The notes under the pieces: model-generated
Seen by the model: the letters and a program-made list of their open reading frames with translations, nothing else
The model's database searches: none
What the model was told of the DNA's origin: nothing
Position numbers and translations under genes: made by a program
NCBI GenBank assembly: GCA_030609965.1
Contig: JAUWSQ010000002.1
Coordinates: 65,395 to 129,394, forward strand
DNA from: Candidatus Fermentibacterota bacterium
GTDB taxonomy: Bacteria > Fermentibacterota > Fermentibacteria > Fermentibacterales > JCC-6
Direction of reading: 5' to 3'
Length of the DNA: 64,000 bases
Shown here: positions 1 through 8,891 of the stretch, piece after piece
Layout of the letters: every line of letters starts with the position of its first letter
How positions within the stretch are numbered: the stretch's first letter is position 1

Positions 1-956
1 TTCAGATTCTCGCCCGACAGCAGGAAAACAAGGTTTTTCAGCTGATTATCGAAGAAGTCACGGGGGATGTAGAAAAAGGAGGAACCCTGGCTGATGCCAT
101 GGCTAAGCACAATAAGGTTTTTTCAGATCTGTACGTGAACATGGTTGCCGCAGGCGAGCAGGGTGGTATTCTGGATACCATTCTTAACAGGCTTTCCACT
201 CACCTTGAAAAATCAACAGCCCTGAAAAGCAAAATAAAATCGGCCATGATGTATCCTATGGTCGTTCTGATAGTAGTGATAGTGGTTGTTATGGCTCTTC
301 TGCTTTTTGTTATACCTATTTTCCAGCAGATGTTTGATGACATGGGCGGTTCGCTGCCGGCACCTACTCAATTTGTTGTAAATCTTTCCGAATTTGTTCA
401 GGGGAACGTCCTTCTCATCCTTATTGGTTTTGCCGCTCTGATAGCCGGTTACAAGATGTACTACAAGACTAAAAACGGTGAGAAGGTCATTGATACCGTA
501 AAACTAAAAATGCCGATCTTCGGCATATTGCTTAGAAAGATGTCAATAGCCCGTTTCTCTAGAACACTGGGTACCCTGATCTCAAGCGGTGTATCCATAC
601 TTGATGGTTTGAGTATCACCTCCAAGACATCAGGAAACAGGATCATAGCTGATGCGATTATGCAAGCACGGACAAGCATCTCCGGAGGTGAGAATATCTC
701 CAACCCGCTGCAGGCTTCAGGTGTCTTCCCGGGTATGGTTACCCAGATGATCGCAGTGGGAGAAGAGACCGGCGGCATTGATACCATGCTCCTGAAAATA
801 GCCGATTTCTACGAGGAAGAAGTTGATACGGCTGTAGCGGGCCTTACAGCCACACTCGAACCTATCATGATCGTTATTCTGGGAGCTATAGTCGGTGGTA
901 TTGTTATTGCCATGTACCTTCCGATCTTTGACATGATCGGTGCTGTAGGAGCCTGA
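1..956 (+). CDS. pilC: Type IV pilus platform protein PilC / GspF family, C-terminal part (5' end lies off the left edge)
   Basis: The frame is open from nt 3. The product shows T2SS-F/PilC-type repeat architecture with TM helices and a C-terminal ...AMYLPIFDMIGAVG tail typical of PilC/GspF. It lies next to pilS-pilR. Confidence 0.85.
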   Translation, partial: QILARQQENKVFQLIIEEVTGDVEKGGTLADAMAKHNKVFSDLYVNMVAAGEQGGILDTILNRLSTHLEKSTALKSKIKSAMMYPMVVLIVVIVVVMALLLFVIPIFQQMFDDMGGSLPAPTQFVVNLSEFVQGNVLLILIGFAALIAGYKMYYKTKNGEKVIDTVKLKMPIFGILLRKMSIARFSRTLGTLISSGVSILDGLSITSKTSGNRIIADAIMQARTSISGGENISNPLQASGVFPGMVTQMIAVGEETGGIDTMLLKIADFYEEEVDTAVAGLTATLEPIMIVILGAIVGGIVIAMYLPIFDMIGAVGA

Positions 957-1010
957 CAATCGAGATAACAGCGGTATTGAATTTCTGCTGTTTTAAAGAA
1001 CTGCCTGAGT

Positions 1011-2666
1011 ATGTATAAGAGAATACTAACGATGACGCGCCGAACCTGGTTCCAGGTTGGGCGTGTCATCGTATTCGGTCTTTTCGTGATTTTCGGTATT
1101 CTGTTCCTTGGCTGGCCAAATGTTGGCAAAGTCTATTCCATCGTGGGCTCTGTGGTTATTCTATCAGTATTCCTGGATTTCCTCTCCAGAAGAATCCTGA
1201 AAGAGAAAGAATGGCAGGTTTGGGTCCAGTTCATCCTGGATTCGATCCTGGCATCAATCCTGATCCGAATGGCAGGAGGTTTCGACGGACCATTCACCGC
1301 ATTCTTTTTTATTCATACGTTCACAGCAGGTGTATTTCTCGGTATTCGCGGCGGTGTAACAATAGCCGTGCTGGATTCACTCATGATAGCCTCAATGGCT
1401 TTCGTATCGATTTCCAGCCTGACTGATGCCACCACCACAGGGAGCGCATTCGAAAGACTGGCTAGTACTGTCCCTTCGAATATTTCTTTTCAATACGCTC
1501 TTCTTTTCGTAATGATATACGCTGGATTTCTAACAATAACAGGGCTTGTATCAGGGTACCTTTCACAGCATCTGCTGCTTGAAAAGGGGAGATCGGAAGG
1601 GATCCTCAGACAGCTGAGAGAAGCCAGAACCATGTCCCGGGAAATACTTGAAAGCCTGTCAGACGGGATACTTGTAATAGATAATTCAGGAAATCCCGTA
1701 AGCATCAATCAGTCCGGCCGAAAAATCCTTTCACTGGGCGATAAATGGCGTGAACGGGTGCGCAATACGGATATCTTTACAATGCTGAAGGAATTTCAGC
1801 TGTCAGAGGGAATGCCTCCGGTTATAGAATTAAGTATGGATGAAGCGATTCTGGAATGCAGAATGGGCATATTTCTTGATCATGAAGGTAATTCGGCGGG
1901 AGCCCTTGTGGCCATGACGGATATTACCGAAACATTCGAGCTGAAAAGGCAGCTTCAGGAGCAGGAAAAACTTGCTGCGATCGGCCGGCTTTCAAGTACG
2001 ATGGCTCATGAAATAAGAAATCCTCTGGCATCCATGAGCGGTGCCGCTCATATTCTGCAGATGGGAACGCTGGATTGGAAGAAAACTGACAGAATGACCG
2101 AGCTGATAAGCCATCAGGCAAAGAGGATATCGGAGATAATAGAGGGTTATCTTGAGCTGTCCCGCGAGAGTAATGTATTCTATACGAATTCCGTATCTCT
2201 TGCAGCAGTTGTAAATGAAGCAATTGATGTGGCAAACCAGGGTTTCGGCGGGCTGATCGAGATAGATTCTCACATTGAGGGTGATTTTATCGTATTCGGT
2301 AACCAGGCAAGGCTCGTGCAGCTGCTTACGAATGTCATGCGTAACAGCGTTGAGGCTCTTGAAAACTCATCTGATGGGAAAATCACCGTTTCCCTTGGAA
2401 AATCTACTCAGGACGGTATGGTTGAACTCAAAGTACATGATAACGGACCCGGAATACCTGATGAAATCATGGTCCAGATATTCGATCCTTTCTTCACAAC
2501 AAAGAAGGAGGGAACAGGCCTGGGGCTGTTCGTAGCAAGAAAAGTGGCTCGTGATCACAGAGGCCGAATGGATATTCAATCAGTATCCGGAGAGGGTACT
2601 GGTGTCAGAGTGATAATACCGATCGCACCACCTGATGCCGTTTCAGCTGAAGCCGGAGGAAACTGA
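1011..2666 (+). CDS. pilS: PilS-like membrane sensor histidine kinase
   Basis: Multi-TM N-terminus, PAS-like segment, H-box HEIRNPLASM, HATPase_c motifs (DNGPGIP, GTGLGL). Sits between pilC and pilR. Confidence 0.8.
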   Translation: MYKRILTMTRRTWFQVGRVIVFGLFVIFGILFLGWPNVGKVYSIVGSVVILSVFLDFLSRRILKEKEWQVWVQFILDSILASILIRMAGGFDGPFTAFFFIHTFTAGVFLGIRGGVTIAVLDSLMIASMAFVSISSLTDATTTGSAFERLASTVPSNISFQYALLFVMIYAGFLTITGLVSGYLSQHLLLEKGRSEGILRQLREARTMSREILESLSDGILVIDNSGNPVSINQSGRKILSLGDKWRERVRNTDIFTMLKEFQLSEGMPPVIELSMDEAILECRMGIFLDHEGNSAGALVAMTDITETFELKRQLQEQEKLAAIGRLSSTMAHEIRNPLASMSGAAHILQMGTLDWKKTDRMTELISHQAKRISEIIEGYLELSRESNVFYTNSVSLAAVVNEAIDVANQGFGGLIEIDSHIEGDFIVFGNQARLVQLLTNVMRNSVEALENSSDGKITVSLGKSTQDGMVELKVHDNGPGIPDEIMVQIFDPFFTTKKEGTGLGLFVARKVARDHRGRMDIQSVSGEGTGVRVIIPIAPPDAVSAEAGGN

Positions 2667-2667
2667 T

Positions 2668-4065
2668 ATGAACAGATCGCTTTCTGTAATGATCGTTGAT
2701 GATGAGAAGCCTATGCTGGAATGGCTTTCCATACTTCTGGAAGAGCATGGTTACGAAGTCTCCTGCTTTTCAACTGGAGAACAGGCTGTAGAAGCCGGCT
2801 TGAAATCCATACCGGATATACTTGTTGCTGATGTAAAAATGCCGGGAATAAGCGGTTTCGATGTTCTGACGCAGCTCCGGGAGAATTCTCCCGGTCTTAT
2901 CGGCATAATAATGACAGCCTTTTCAAGTGTGGACTCGGCAGTTAAGGCTATGCGAAAAGGAGCAACGGACTATCTTGTTAAACCCTTTGAAGTCGATCAG
3001 CTTCTGATCGCGATAGAGAAAGCCCTCTCCGAAAGGGATCTTAAAAGGGAGAACCTGGAACTCAGGAAAAGAGTCCGGTCAAAATACTCTATCGAGGAGA
3101 TTATAGGAAAATCCAGACCCATTGTTGAACTGCTTGAAAAAGTAAGGATAGTCGCGGACAAGAACAGCACAATAATTATCACTGGTGAAAGCGGTACAGG
3201 CAAGGAACTCATCGCAAGGGCTATTCACAGCATTGGTTCCAGATCTGACAAGCCCTTCTTCGGTGTCAGTTGCGGAAGTTTTTCCCGCAGTCTTCTCGAA
3301 AGTGAACTCTTCGGTCATCTTAAAGGATCCTTCACAGGCGCGTACAAGGACAAGGAAGGCCTCCTTGTAGCAGCAAGAGGAGGTACCTTCTTTCTGGATG
3401 AAATAGGCGAGCTTGACAGGGAGCTTCAGGTTAAACTGCTCAGAGCACTTCAGGAGCGTCAGGTACTTCCTGTCGGCGGAACCAGAAATGTCCCATTCGA
3501 TGCCAGGATCATAGCTGCGACCAATGCCGATCTTGCTGAAATGGTAAAGACCGATGATTTCAGAGCGGACCTCTATTACAGGCTGAACGTTATTCCTCTC
3601 CATGTTCCCGCCCTCCGGGAAAGAAGATCCGATATTCCCTTTCTTCTGGATAAATTCCTTCAGGACTATTCCGGAGAAACAGGCGATCAACTGAAAACGA
3701 TTACACCTGAAGCAAGAGTAATATTGTCGGATTACAGCTGGCCTGGAAATGTACGTGAGCTTGAGAACGTGGTTGAACGTCTTTGTGTGATGACACTTGG
3801 TGAGGAAATTGCAGTTGATGACATACCGGATTTCATCAGGTACCCAGGTGAAGCGGAACATGTGTCTGCTGGTTCCGGGATCATAACTGAACAGTCTTCC
3901 AGGAAGAACCCCACTCTGGATGAGATAGATAAAGCTTACACACTGTACGTGCTTGAACACCAGGCAAGAGGACAGAAACGCCTTGCTGCCAAGATCCTTG
4001 GTATTAACGAAAGTACCCTTTACAGAAAGCTGGAAAAATACGCGAGGGAAATGGATGATTCATGA
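2668..4065 (+). CDS. pilR: Sigma-54-dependent response regulator, PilR/NtrC family
   Basis: REC domain, AAA+ sigma-54 interaction domain (GESGTGKE, GSFTGA variant of GAFTGA, FLDEIGEL) and C-terminal Fis-type HTH (LGINESTLYRKLEKY). Start moved from the ORF-track 2635 to ATG 2668 (MNRSLSVMIVDD), right after the pilS stop. Confidence 0.9.
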   Translation: MNRSLSVMIVDDEKPMLEWLSILLEEHGYEVSCFSTGEQAVEAGLKSIPDILVADVKMPGISGFDVLTQLRENSPGLIGIIMTAFSSVDSAVKAMRKGATDYLVKPFEVDQLLIAIEKALSERDLKRENLELRKRVRSKYSIEEIIGKSRPIVELLEKVRIVADKNSTIIITGESGTGKELIARAIHSIGSRSDKPFFGVSCGSFSRSLLESELFGHLKGSFTGAYKDKEGLLVAARGGTFFLDEIGELDRELQVKLLRALQERQVLPVGGTRNVPFDARIIAATNADLAEMVKTDDFRADLYYRLNVIPLHVPALRERRSDIPFLLDKFLQDYSGETGDQLKTITPEARVILSDYSWPGNVRELENVVERLCVMTLGEEIAVDDIPDFIRYPGEAEHVSAGSGIITEQSSRKNPTLDEIDKAYTLYVLEHQARGQKRLAAKILGINESTLYRKLEKYAREMDDS

Positions 4066-5402
4066 AGCATATCCGTAGTATGTCTTTTCCAGCGATAGCA
4101 TTTTGTTTTCTGATAGTGTTCCTTATCGCTTTTCAGGCCGGTCAGAGGGGCATCCCCGTTGAAGACGGAGGTGAGTTTCTTACAGTTGCACGGCTGGGAG
4201 GCATTAACCATCCACCCGGCCTTCCCCTTCTGAGCCTTTCATCAAGACTGTCCTGGATACTCTTCGGCGAAGAGGGATTAAGAGTACTGTTCGCTTGTGC
4301 CGCAGCATCAGCTCTGATCCTCATAACAAAGAAGTACACAGTTTCCTCACTGTTCTTCCTTACAGGGGTTCTTCTATTACCTTCGATCGCAGGCAGACTT
4401 CTTATCTGGGATGCATACGGTTTTCTTTTTCTGATATACGCGGTTGCGTACTTCAGAAAACCGCCTCTCAACCTTGAAGCGGGATTCCTTCTGGGTCTTG
4501 CACTGGCGATTCACCCGCAGGGGATCTTCCTCATAGTTCTTTTTCGAAGAAATCGATCCTCAATATTGCAGTTCTTCTGTGGTCTCCTGCTTGGATTGAG
4601 TTTGTATCTTGCGCTACCCCTTTATTCAGCTTCGGGAGCAGTTGTAGACTGGGGCAGCACCGGAACACTGGACAATTTTGTAAGGCAGGTAACTGCGGGA
4701 GGATACAGGGAAGTCTACGGCGGGAAGATGTTCGGTATATCATATGATGTCCTTCTCCGGTATCTAGGATCCCTCTGGAAAATTGTCTGGCCTGTCCTGC
4801 TGCTGCCACTGATAACAGGAGTAATACAGCTTTTTAAAACCGACAGGAAACTACTGATCAGATTGGAAATTCTGGTTGTTCTTGATCTGCTGTTTGTGAC
4901 CATAATCAATCCCATGGCAGCTGGAACAACTCAGACGGCAATACTCTCGCTGTTCGTAGTCCTGGTGCTTGCCGCAGCAGGAATGAACTCCATATACAAT
5001 TGGAAGCGCATCGCTGGAGTGATCGCTGCAGGAGCCGTTCTTGCCGGGGGAATTCTTTTGTGGACCCCGCTGCCCGATCAGGAAAACGAAATAAGGGAGT
5101 ACTTCTCGTCCGCACCTTTCGAATCGGTTTTCTTTATAAGCAGCAACGATATTCTGTATGGCGGATGGGTTCTGAAATATGTGGAGGACAGAAGACCTGA
5201 TATCGTGCTGCTCTCCACCGGAAATTTTTCCGCCTGGTTTGAACGTATGGCAACATGGTTCAATCCAGAGGTAGATCTGTCTGCAGGTGTCCTGGATGTT
5301 GGTGATTTCAGCATGTCCCGCGAGGAATTAGCCGGTCGGCTGATAAACGCCGCAATCCTGGATAATCCGAATCGTCCGGTCTTCACAGATATCCAGCGAT
5401 AA
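4062..5402 (+). CDS. DUF2723 / TMEM260-like polytopic membrane protein (predicted GT-C glycosyltransferase)
   Basis: About 10 hydrophobic helices. The first-loop motif EDGGEFLTVARLGGINHPPGLPLLSL matches the D/E...HPPGYPL signature I associate with DUF2723. ATG 4062 overlaps the pilR TGA (4063-4065) as ATGA. Confidence 0.6.
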   Translation: MKHIRSMSFPAIAFCFLIVFLIAFQAGQRGIPVEDGGEFLTVARLGGINHPPGLPLLSLSSRLSWILFGEEGLRVLFACAAASALILITKKYTVSSLFFLTGVLLLPSIAGRLLIWDAYGFLFLIYAVAYFRKPPLNLEAGFLLGLALAIHPQGIFLIVLFRRNRSSILQFFCGLLLGLSLYLALPLYSASGAVVDWGSTGTLDNFVRQVTAGGYREVYGGKMFGISYDVLLRYLGSLWKIVWPVLLLPLITGVIQLFKTDRKLLIRLEILVVLDLLFVTIINPMAAGTTQTAILSLFVVLVLAAAGMNSIYNWKRIAGVIAAGAVLAGGILLWTPLPDQENEIREYFSSAPFESVFFISSNDILYGGWVLKYVEDRRPDIVLLSTGNFSAWFERMATWFNPEVDLSAGVLDVGDFSMSREELAGRLINAAILDNPNRPVFTDIQR

Positions 5403-5405
5403 GAA

Positions 5406-5436
5406 TGCATAATGAAACCTGATCTTGCATTATGCA
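5406..5436. promoter_or_regulatory. 9-bp inverted repeat (TGCATAATG / CATTATGCA, 13-nt spacer) just after the DUF2723 stop: weak terminator hairpin or activator-binding site
   Basis: Arms at 5406-5414 and 5428-5436 were read directly. There is no T-tract after it. It lies about 90 nt upstream of the sigma-54 promoter. Confidence 0.3.
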
Positions 5437-5524
5437 ATAGATACAATTTGTTTCTCCCTCCGGTATATCGCCTCGGTAAGTAATAATATGAGCTCACGCG
5501 GGATATTAAACGAAAAATCGGGTT

Positions 5525-5540
5525 TGGCAAAGATATTGCT
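5525..5540 (+). promoter_or_regulatory. Sigma-54 (-24/-12) promoter of pilin gene 1
   Basis: TGGCAaagataTTGCt has exact GG-N10-GC spacing of the TGGCAC-N5-TTGCW consensus. It lies 66 nt upstream of ATG 5606, and a PilR-type activator is encoded immediately upstream. Confidence 0.7.
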
Positions 5541-5605
5541 TCAATGTATAGTACTAATGAAAGTATGTGTGTGTTAACGTTAACCCGAAGTCGAAAGGAA
5601 TTATT

Positions 5606-5974
5606 ATGAAGAAAGGTTTCACGCTTATCGAGCTGATGATCGTTGTGGTCATCATTGGTATCCTTGCTGCCATAGCGATACCCAAGTTCTCAAGTGTAAA
5701 GGACCAGGCAGAGCAGGTTGCCTGCAGAAGCAACCTCAGGTCTCTCGGATCCGCTGAAGCCATGTACTACGGCATAGAGGGCACATATGGTAGTGTTACC
5801 GAGCTTGACAACTCCGATGTGATGGGAAATGCGTTAGCGATCACATGTCCGGTTGATGATGCTGGTTATGTAACAACAGTTGAAACTGCAACCACATACA
5901 CAATTCCATGTCCCTCTGCTGCCCCTCCTGTTACCCACGGTAGTATTGTAGATGGTATAGTTTCCTGGCAGTAA
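5606..5974 (+). CDS. pilA: Type IV pilin (prepilin-type N-terminal cleavage/methylation domain), 122 aa
   Basis: MKKG|FTLIELMIVVVIIGILAAIAIPKF class-III signal peptide with Gly(-1), Phe(+1), Glu(+5). RBS AAAGGAA upstream. Start moved from 5567 to ATG 5606. Confidence 0.9.
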   Translation: MKKGFTLIELMIVVVIIGILAAIAIPKFSSVKDQAEQVACRSNLRSLGSAEAMYYGIEGTYGSVTELDNSDVMGNALAITCPVDDAGYVTTVETATTYTIPCPSAAPPVTHGSIVDGIVSWQ

Positions 5975-5998
5975 TCTGATACTTTCAGATCGCATAAG

Positions 5999-6027
5999 CG
6001 GCGGGTCTAAAAGCCCGCCGTTTCTTT
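5999..6027 (+). terminator. Rho-independent terminator after pilin 1
   Basis: Stem CGGCGGG (5999-6005) / CCCGCCG (6014-6020), 8-nt loop, followed by TTTCTTT. Confidence 0.75.
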
Positions 6028-6039
6028 GATCAGTGCACT

Positions 6040-7917
6040 TTAAAGGTTTGATGGACAGAATTCGTAGATCGTATACCCATCGATATACGCAACCGGTGCA
6101 AGCACATCTCCCCGGCCGATTCTTGAAAAGAGTTCAACGGAGTTCTCATCATCAAATGGGGAAGGGTTATTGTACAGAGTGATAATGTAATTTACATCCA
6201 ACTCTTCAAGAATAGCAACTTCATCAGCAAGACTGTTGTCCAGATATATATGAGCAGCAAGAGGATATCGCCATGCATTAATCCATCTGTGATTGGAGAA
6301 ATAGCGTTTTGTCACATAGAACGAGAGTACAGTAGTGTTACTCGGAAGATGGGAATTCATCCAGAGTGTTACTTCTAATTCGGGCTGTTTCTCGACAAAC
6401 TCAAAATTGGATATCTTCCAATCGCTGGTTATGTAAGATTCGATCAGTCCGTTTCTGAATTCCAATCCATAATGTTCCGTTGGTGAAATGGAAGTGTCGT
6501 AAATGAAATATACTATTACTGTCAGTATAGTCGCAGAAAGCAGACCGTATTTCAAGTGCCTGAACATTTGCAGACCGAACAGGGTGGCAAAAGGAATAAG
6601 CATTATTGCGTATTTTGCACCCCACCATGCAGGATAAAAAAGAACCAGAGAGATAATCGCGTAAACTGCAAACCCCGCCAGTATCAGTGTTCTTCCGGTT
6701 ATGTATTTTCTCTTAATGGTGAGAAGAAATCCCCCTATAAGAAGAAAAATGGAAGAGTTCCAGGTTCCAAAGTAGTGGTAGATGTTCTGAAAGAATCCCA
6801 CAGTCGGGAAAAAATATGAACTTCTATCAGCGAACGTATTGTAAGTAAGATGCACTTCAGGCATTCGCCATTCAGGTTTTAGAAGAAACTTGAACAGTGT
6901 ATAAGGGTATAGAAAAGTGCCAGTATGGATAAACGTTCGCAGCGCGAATATCAGTGGCATTATTGAAAGCATGATAATACCTGAGACAATGAAAGTTTTA
7001 TTATGTTTATTCCACAATATAATATACATATACATTATAATAAATGGAACTAGCGCAAAGTATACTGTCAATTTTGATGTCAACGCCAGGCTCATTACAG
7101 CAAAGGCTGATAAGTCGTAATGATCATCCTTATCTAATATCTGTTTTAAAAGAATGGTCAGGGCAATTGTAACAAAGAAAAGTGCAGTTGCATCCGGTTT
7201 GGCAAAATGGCACCATAGAAGAATCGTTGAGCATCCGGCAATGCTGATCAGTGCAGCTGGATACCATTTCCATCCGAATCCAAGTATTGCCATGCAGAAC
7301 AGGATTAATGCAATAGTCATGCTCAGTTCAAAAAGCTGCCCAAGAATAAGTTGATCTACTCTGTTATCTGCGAGTGAAGATGGCAGTAACAGAAGTATTT
7401 CCGAAGTCAATGGAAAAGCAGAAAATCTTGTTTCATCAAGAAAGCTCATGTGACCGTCGTTCAACCATCTGTCGGGTTGAACCAGATAGGTGACCTGTGT
7501 ATCGTTGAAGTTCATTTCCGGACGCCCCGCCAGCATCAGGTTTGTAAGCAGAATGTATCCTGCAAGAAGGAAAGGGAGGATAATAACAGGATGTTTCAGG
7601 TGAAATCTGAAATTGGAAAAGAACTTTTTCAGCCGTAAGTAAAATACCACCAGCCCGGCCAATGCTCCGGGTATGATGGAGATGGGCAGAATTCTTCTTG
7701 TAAGTAAATGAAACAATGACAGAAGTACTATTACTCCCATATATAGAAGCATTCCGGGGATGACCGCAGGCATCAGCCTGAAGTACTTTTTCACTACTCT
7801 GATTCGCTTCGTCAGCGAACCTGTTCCATAAAAGGCAAGCCATATCATCGCTATACGCAGAAGAGACCAGGCAAGCGAGTTGATGCTGAGCCAGTCCGTC
7901 AGAGTCGTATCAGCCAT
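6040..7917 (-). CDS. Polytopic membrane protein with a C-terminal soluble domain, GT-C-like (predicted); paralog of 23997-25841
   Basis: 625 aa with more than 12 hydrophobic helices. Alignable by eye over its full length with the 23997-25841 product, e.g. VTYLVQPDRWLNDGHMSFLDETRFSAFPL vs VTYAVQPDRWLSSGRIFYIEESIFSGLPS, and C-terminal LPSNTTVLSFY..RYFSNH vs LPAGSTLLSLW..RYFSDH. Convergent with pilin 1. Confidence 0.5.
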   Translation of the reverse strand: MADTTLTDWLSINSLAWSLLRIAMIWLAFYGTGSLTKRIRVVKKYFRLMPAVIPGMLLYMGVIVLLSLFHLLTRRILPISIIPGALAGLVVFYLRLKKFFSNFRFHLKHPVIILPFLLAGYILLTNLMLAGRPEMNFNDTQVTYLVQPDRWLNDGHMSFLDETRFSAFPLTSEILLLLPSSLADNRVDQLILGQLFELSMTIALILFCMAILGFGWKWYPAALISIAGCSTILLWCHFAKPDATALFFVTIALTILLKQILDKDDHYDLSAFAVMSLALTSKLTVYFALVPFIIMYMYIILWNKHNKTFIVSGIIMLSIMPLIFALRTFIHTGTFLYPYTLFKFLLKPEWRMPEVHLTYNTFADRSSYFFPTVGFFQNIYHYFGTWNSSIFLLIGGFLLTIKRKYITGRTLILAGFAVYAIISLVLFYPAWWGAKYAIMLIPFATLFGLQMFRHLKYGLLSATILTVIVYFIYDTSISPTEHYGLEFRNGLIESYITSDWKISNFEFVEKQPELEVTLWMNSHLPSNTTVLSFYVTKRYFSNHRWINAWRYPLAAHIYLDNSLADEVAILEELDVNYIITLYNNPSPFDDENSVELFSRIGRGDVLAPVAYIDGYTIYEFCPSNL

Positions 7918-8832
7918 TCACTGTTCCTGGCTGTTTGCAGGAAAACTGAAATTGTACTTCAGATATTCATATACTACCGGCAATCTGAGACTTCCAGTAT
8001 CCCGCTGCTCAATTGAGACGTAATACTCGGCATCGTATTCATCCGTTACCAGTACAGAATAGTATCCCGGATTCAGTTTCGCTATTATGTGTTCTCCGGG
8101 CTGAAGTGCAAGGTTATCAAGGTAAATACCATTCGAACCATCCTGAGGTACTATCTGCAGCTCCGTAATCACTGCAATTGGCAGACAGTTCTCTAAAAAG
8201 AACGGTCTGCTGCCATTTCCCGTTATTCCAACCGGCGGCAGAGGATTGATCAGCATACTGCTGACTATAGCCAGCATGCAACTGTCATCAGGGACGGTGA
8301 TATTATCTGTATTGTATTTTCTACCGATCTGATCTACAGCATTGATCGAATAGATACCTTTTTCAAGCCAGATACTGATAGAGGTTCCGGAGAAAACTCT
8401 GAAGTCGTCTATTAAGATATCCTGCTCACGCATTGATGAAGAGAGTACGAGTGTATCCAGAGCAAAGCCGTTCAGCGAATTAGTCAGGTTCAGCAGGTGA
8501 TGTCCATGATCAACATTCGGTCTTCCGAACGTAATGTATTCCAGGTCAATTGTAATAGAATCGGGTACGTTTTTCTGAAAATCTCCGGCGATACCGTAGG
8601 AGTTGCCCAGTTCATCAAATGCGAGGAAATTGCATTTTCCTGATGGCAGAGTAAACGTAATACTTGAGTCCGGTTGTAAATTGGAATACAGTCTGTTATC
8701 CCCTTTGCTGTTATGTCCTGAACCCCATATGTAGAAACTTACAATTTCGATATCTCTTAATCCGTTGATAACGGTTAAATCATGCAGACCTGCCTGATTT
8801 GGAACAGAAATAGAAAGCAGTGTTAAAAGCAT
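7918..8832 (-). CDS. Secreted hypothetical protein built of three ~85-95-aa tandem repeats
   Basis: Hydrophobic N-terminus. Three repeats share the pattern L.PG/SG...(Y/F).h.h.D..G..Y (LPSGKCNFLAFDELGNSY / LEKGIYSINAVDQIGRKY / LNPGYYSVLVTDEYDAEY). Its stop abuts the start of 6040-7917 with zero gap. Confidence 0.5.
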   Translation of the reverse strand: MLLTLLSISVPNQAGLHDLTVINGLRDIEIVSFYIWGSGHNSKGDNRLYSNLQPDSSITFTLPSGKCNFLAFDELGNSYGIAGDFQKNVPDSITIDLEYITFGRPNVDHGHHLLNLTNSLNGFALDTLVLSSSMREQDILIDDFRVFSGTSISIWLEKGIYSINAVDQIGRKYNTDNITVPDDSCMLAIVSSMLINPLPPVGITGNGSRPFFLENCLPIAVITELQIVPQDGSNGIYLDNLALQPGEHIIAKLNPGYYSVLVTDEYDAEYYVSIEQRDTGSLRLPVVYEYLKYNFSFPANSQEQ

Positions 8833-8891
8833 TGAAGTGTAGTTGTATATGTTGAACTCCTTACCTGGGATTACCTTTTAAGCTATCTGAT

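Noticed and set aside
3079-3960. 293-aa antisense ORF inside pilR. Similar long antisense ORFs occur at 49146-49934 (in mfd) and 38691-39347 (in the SPFH gene).
   Set aside because: All lie opposite strongly recognisable genes. They have no recognisable motifs and no RBS context, so they are treated as shadow ORFs.
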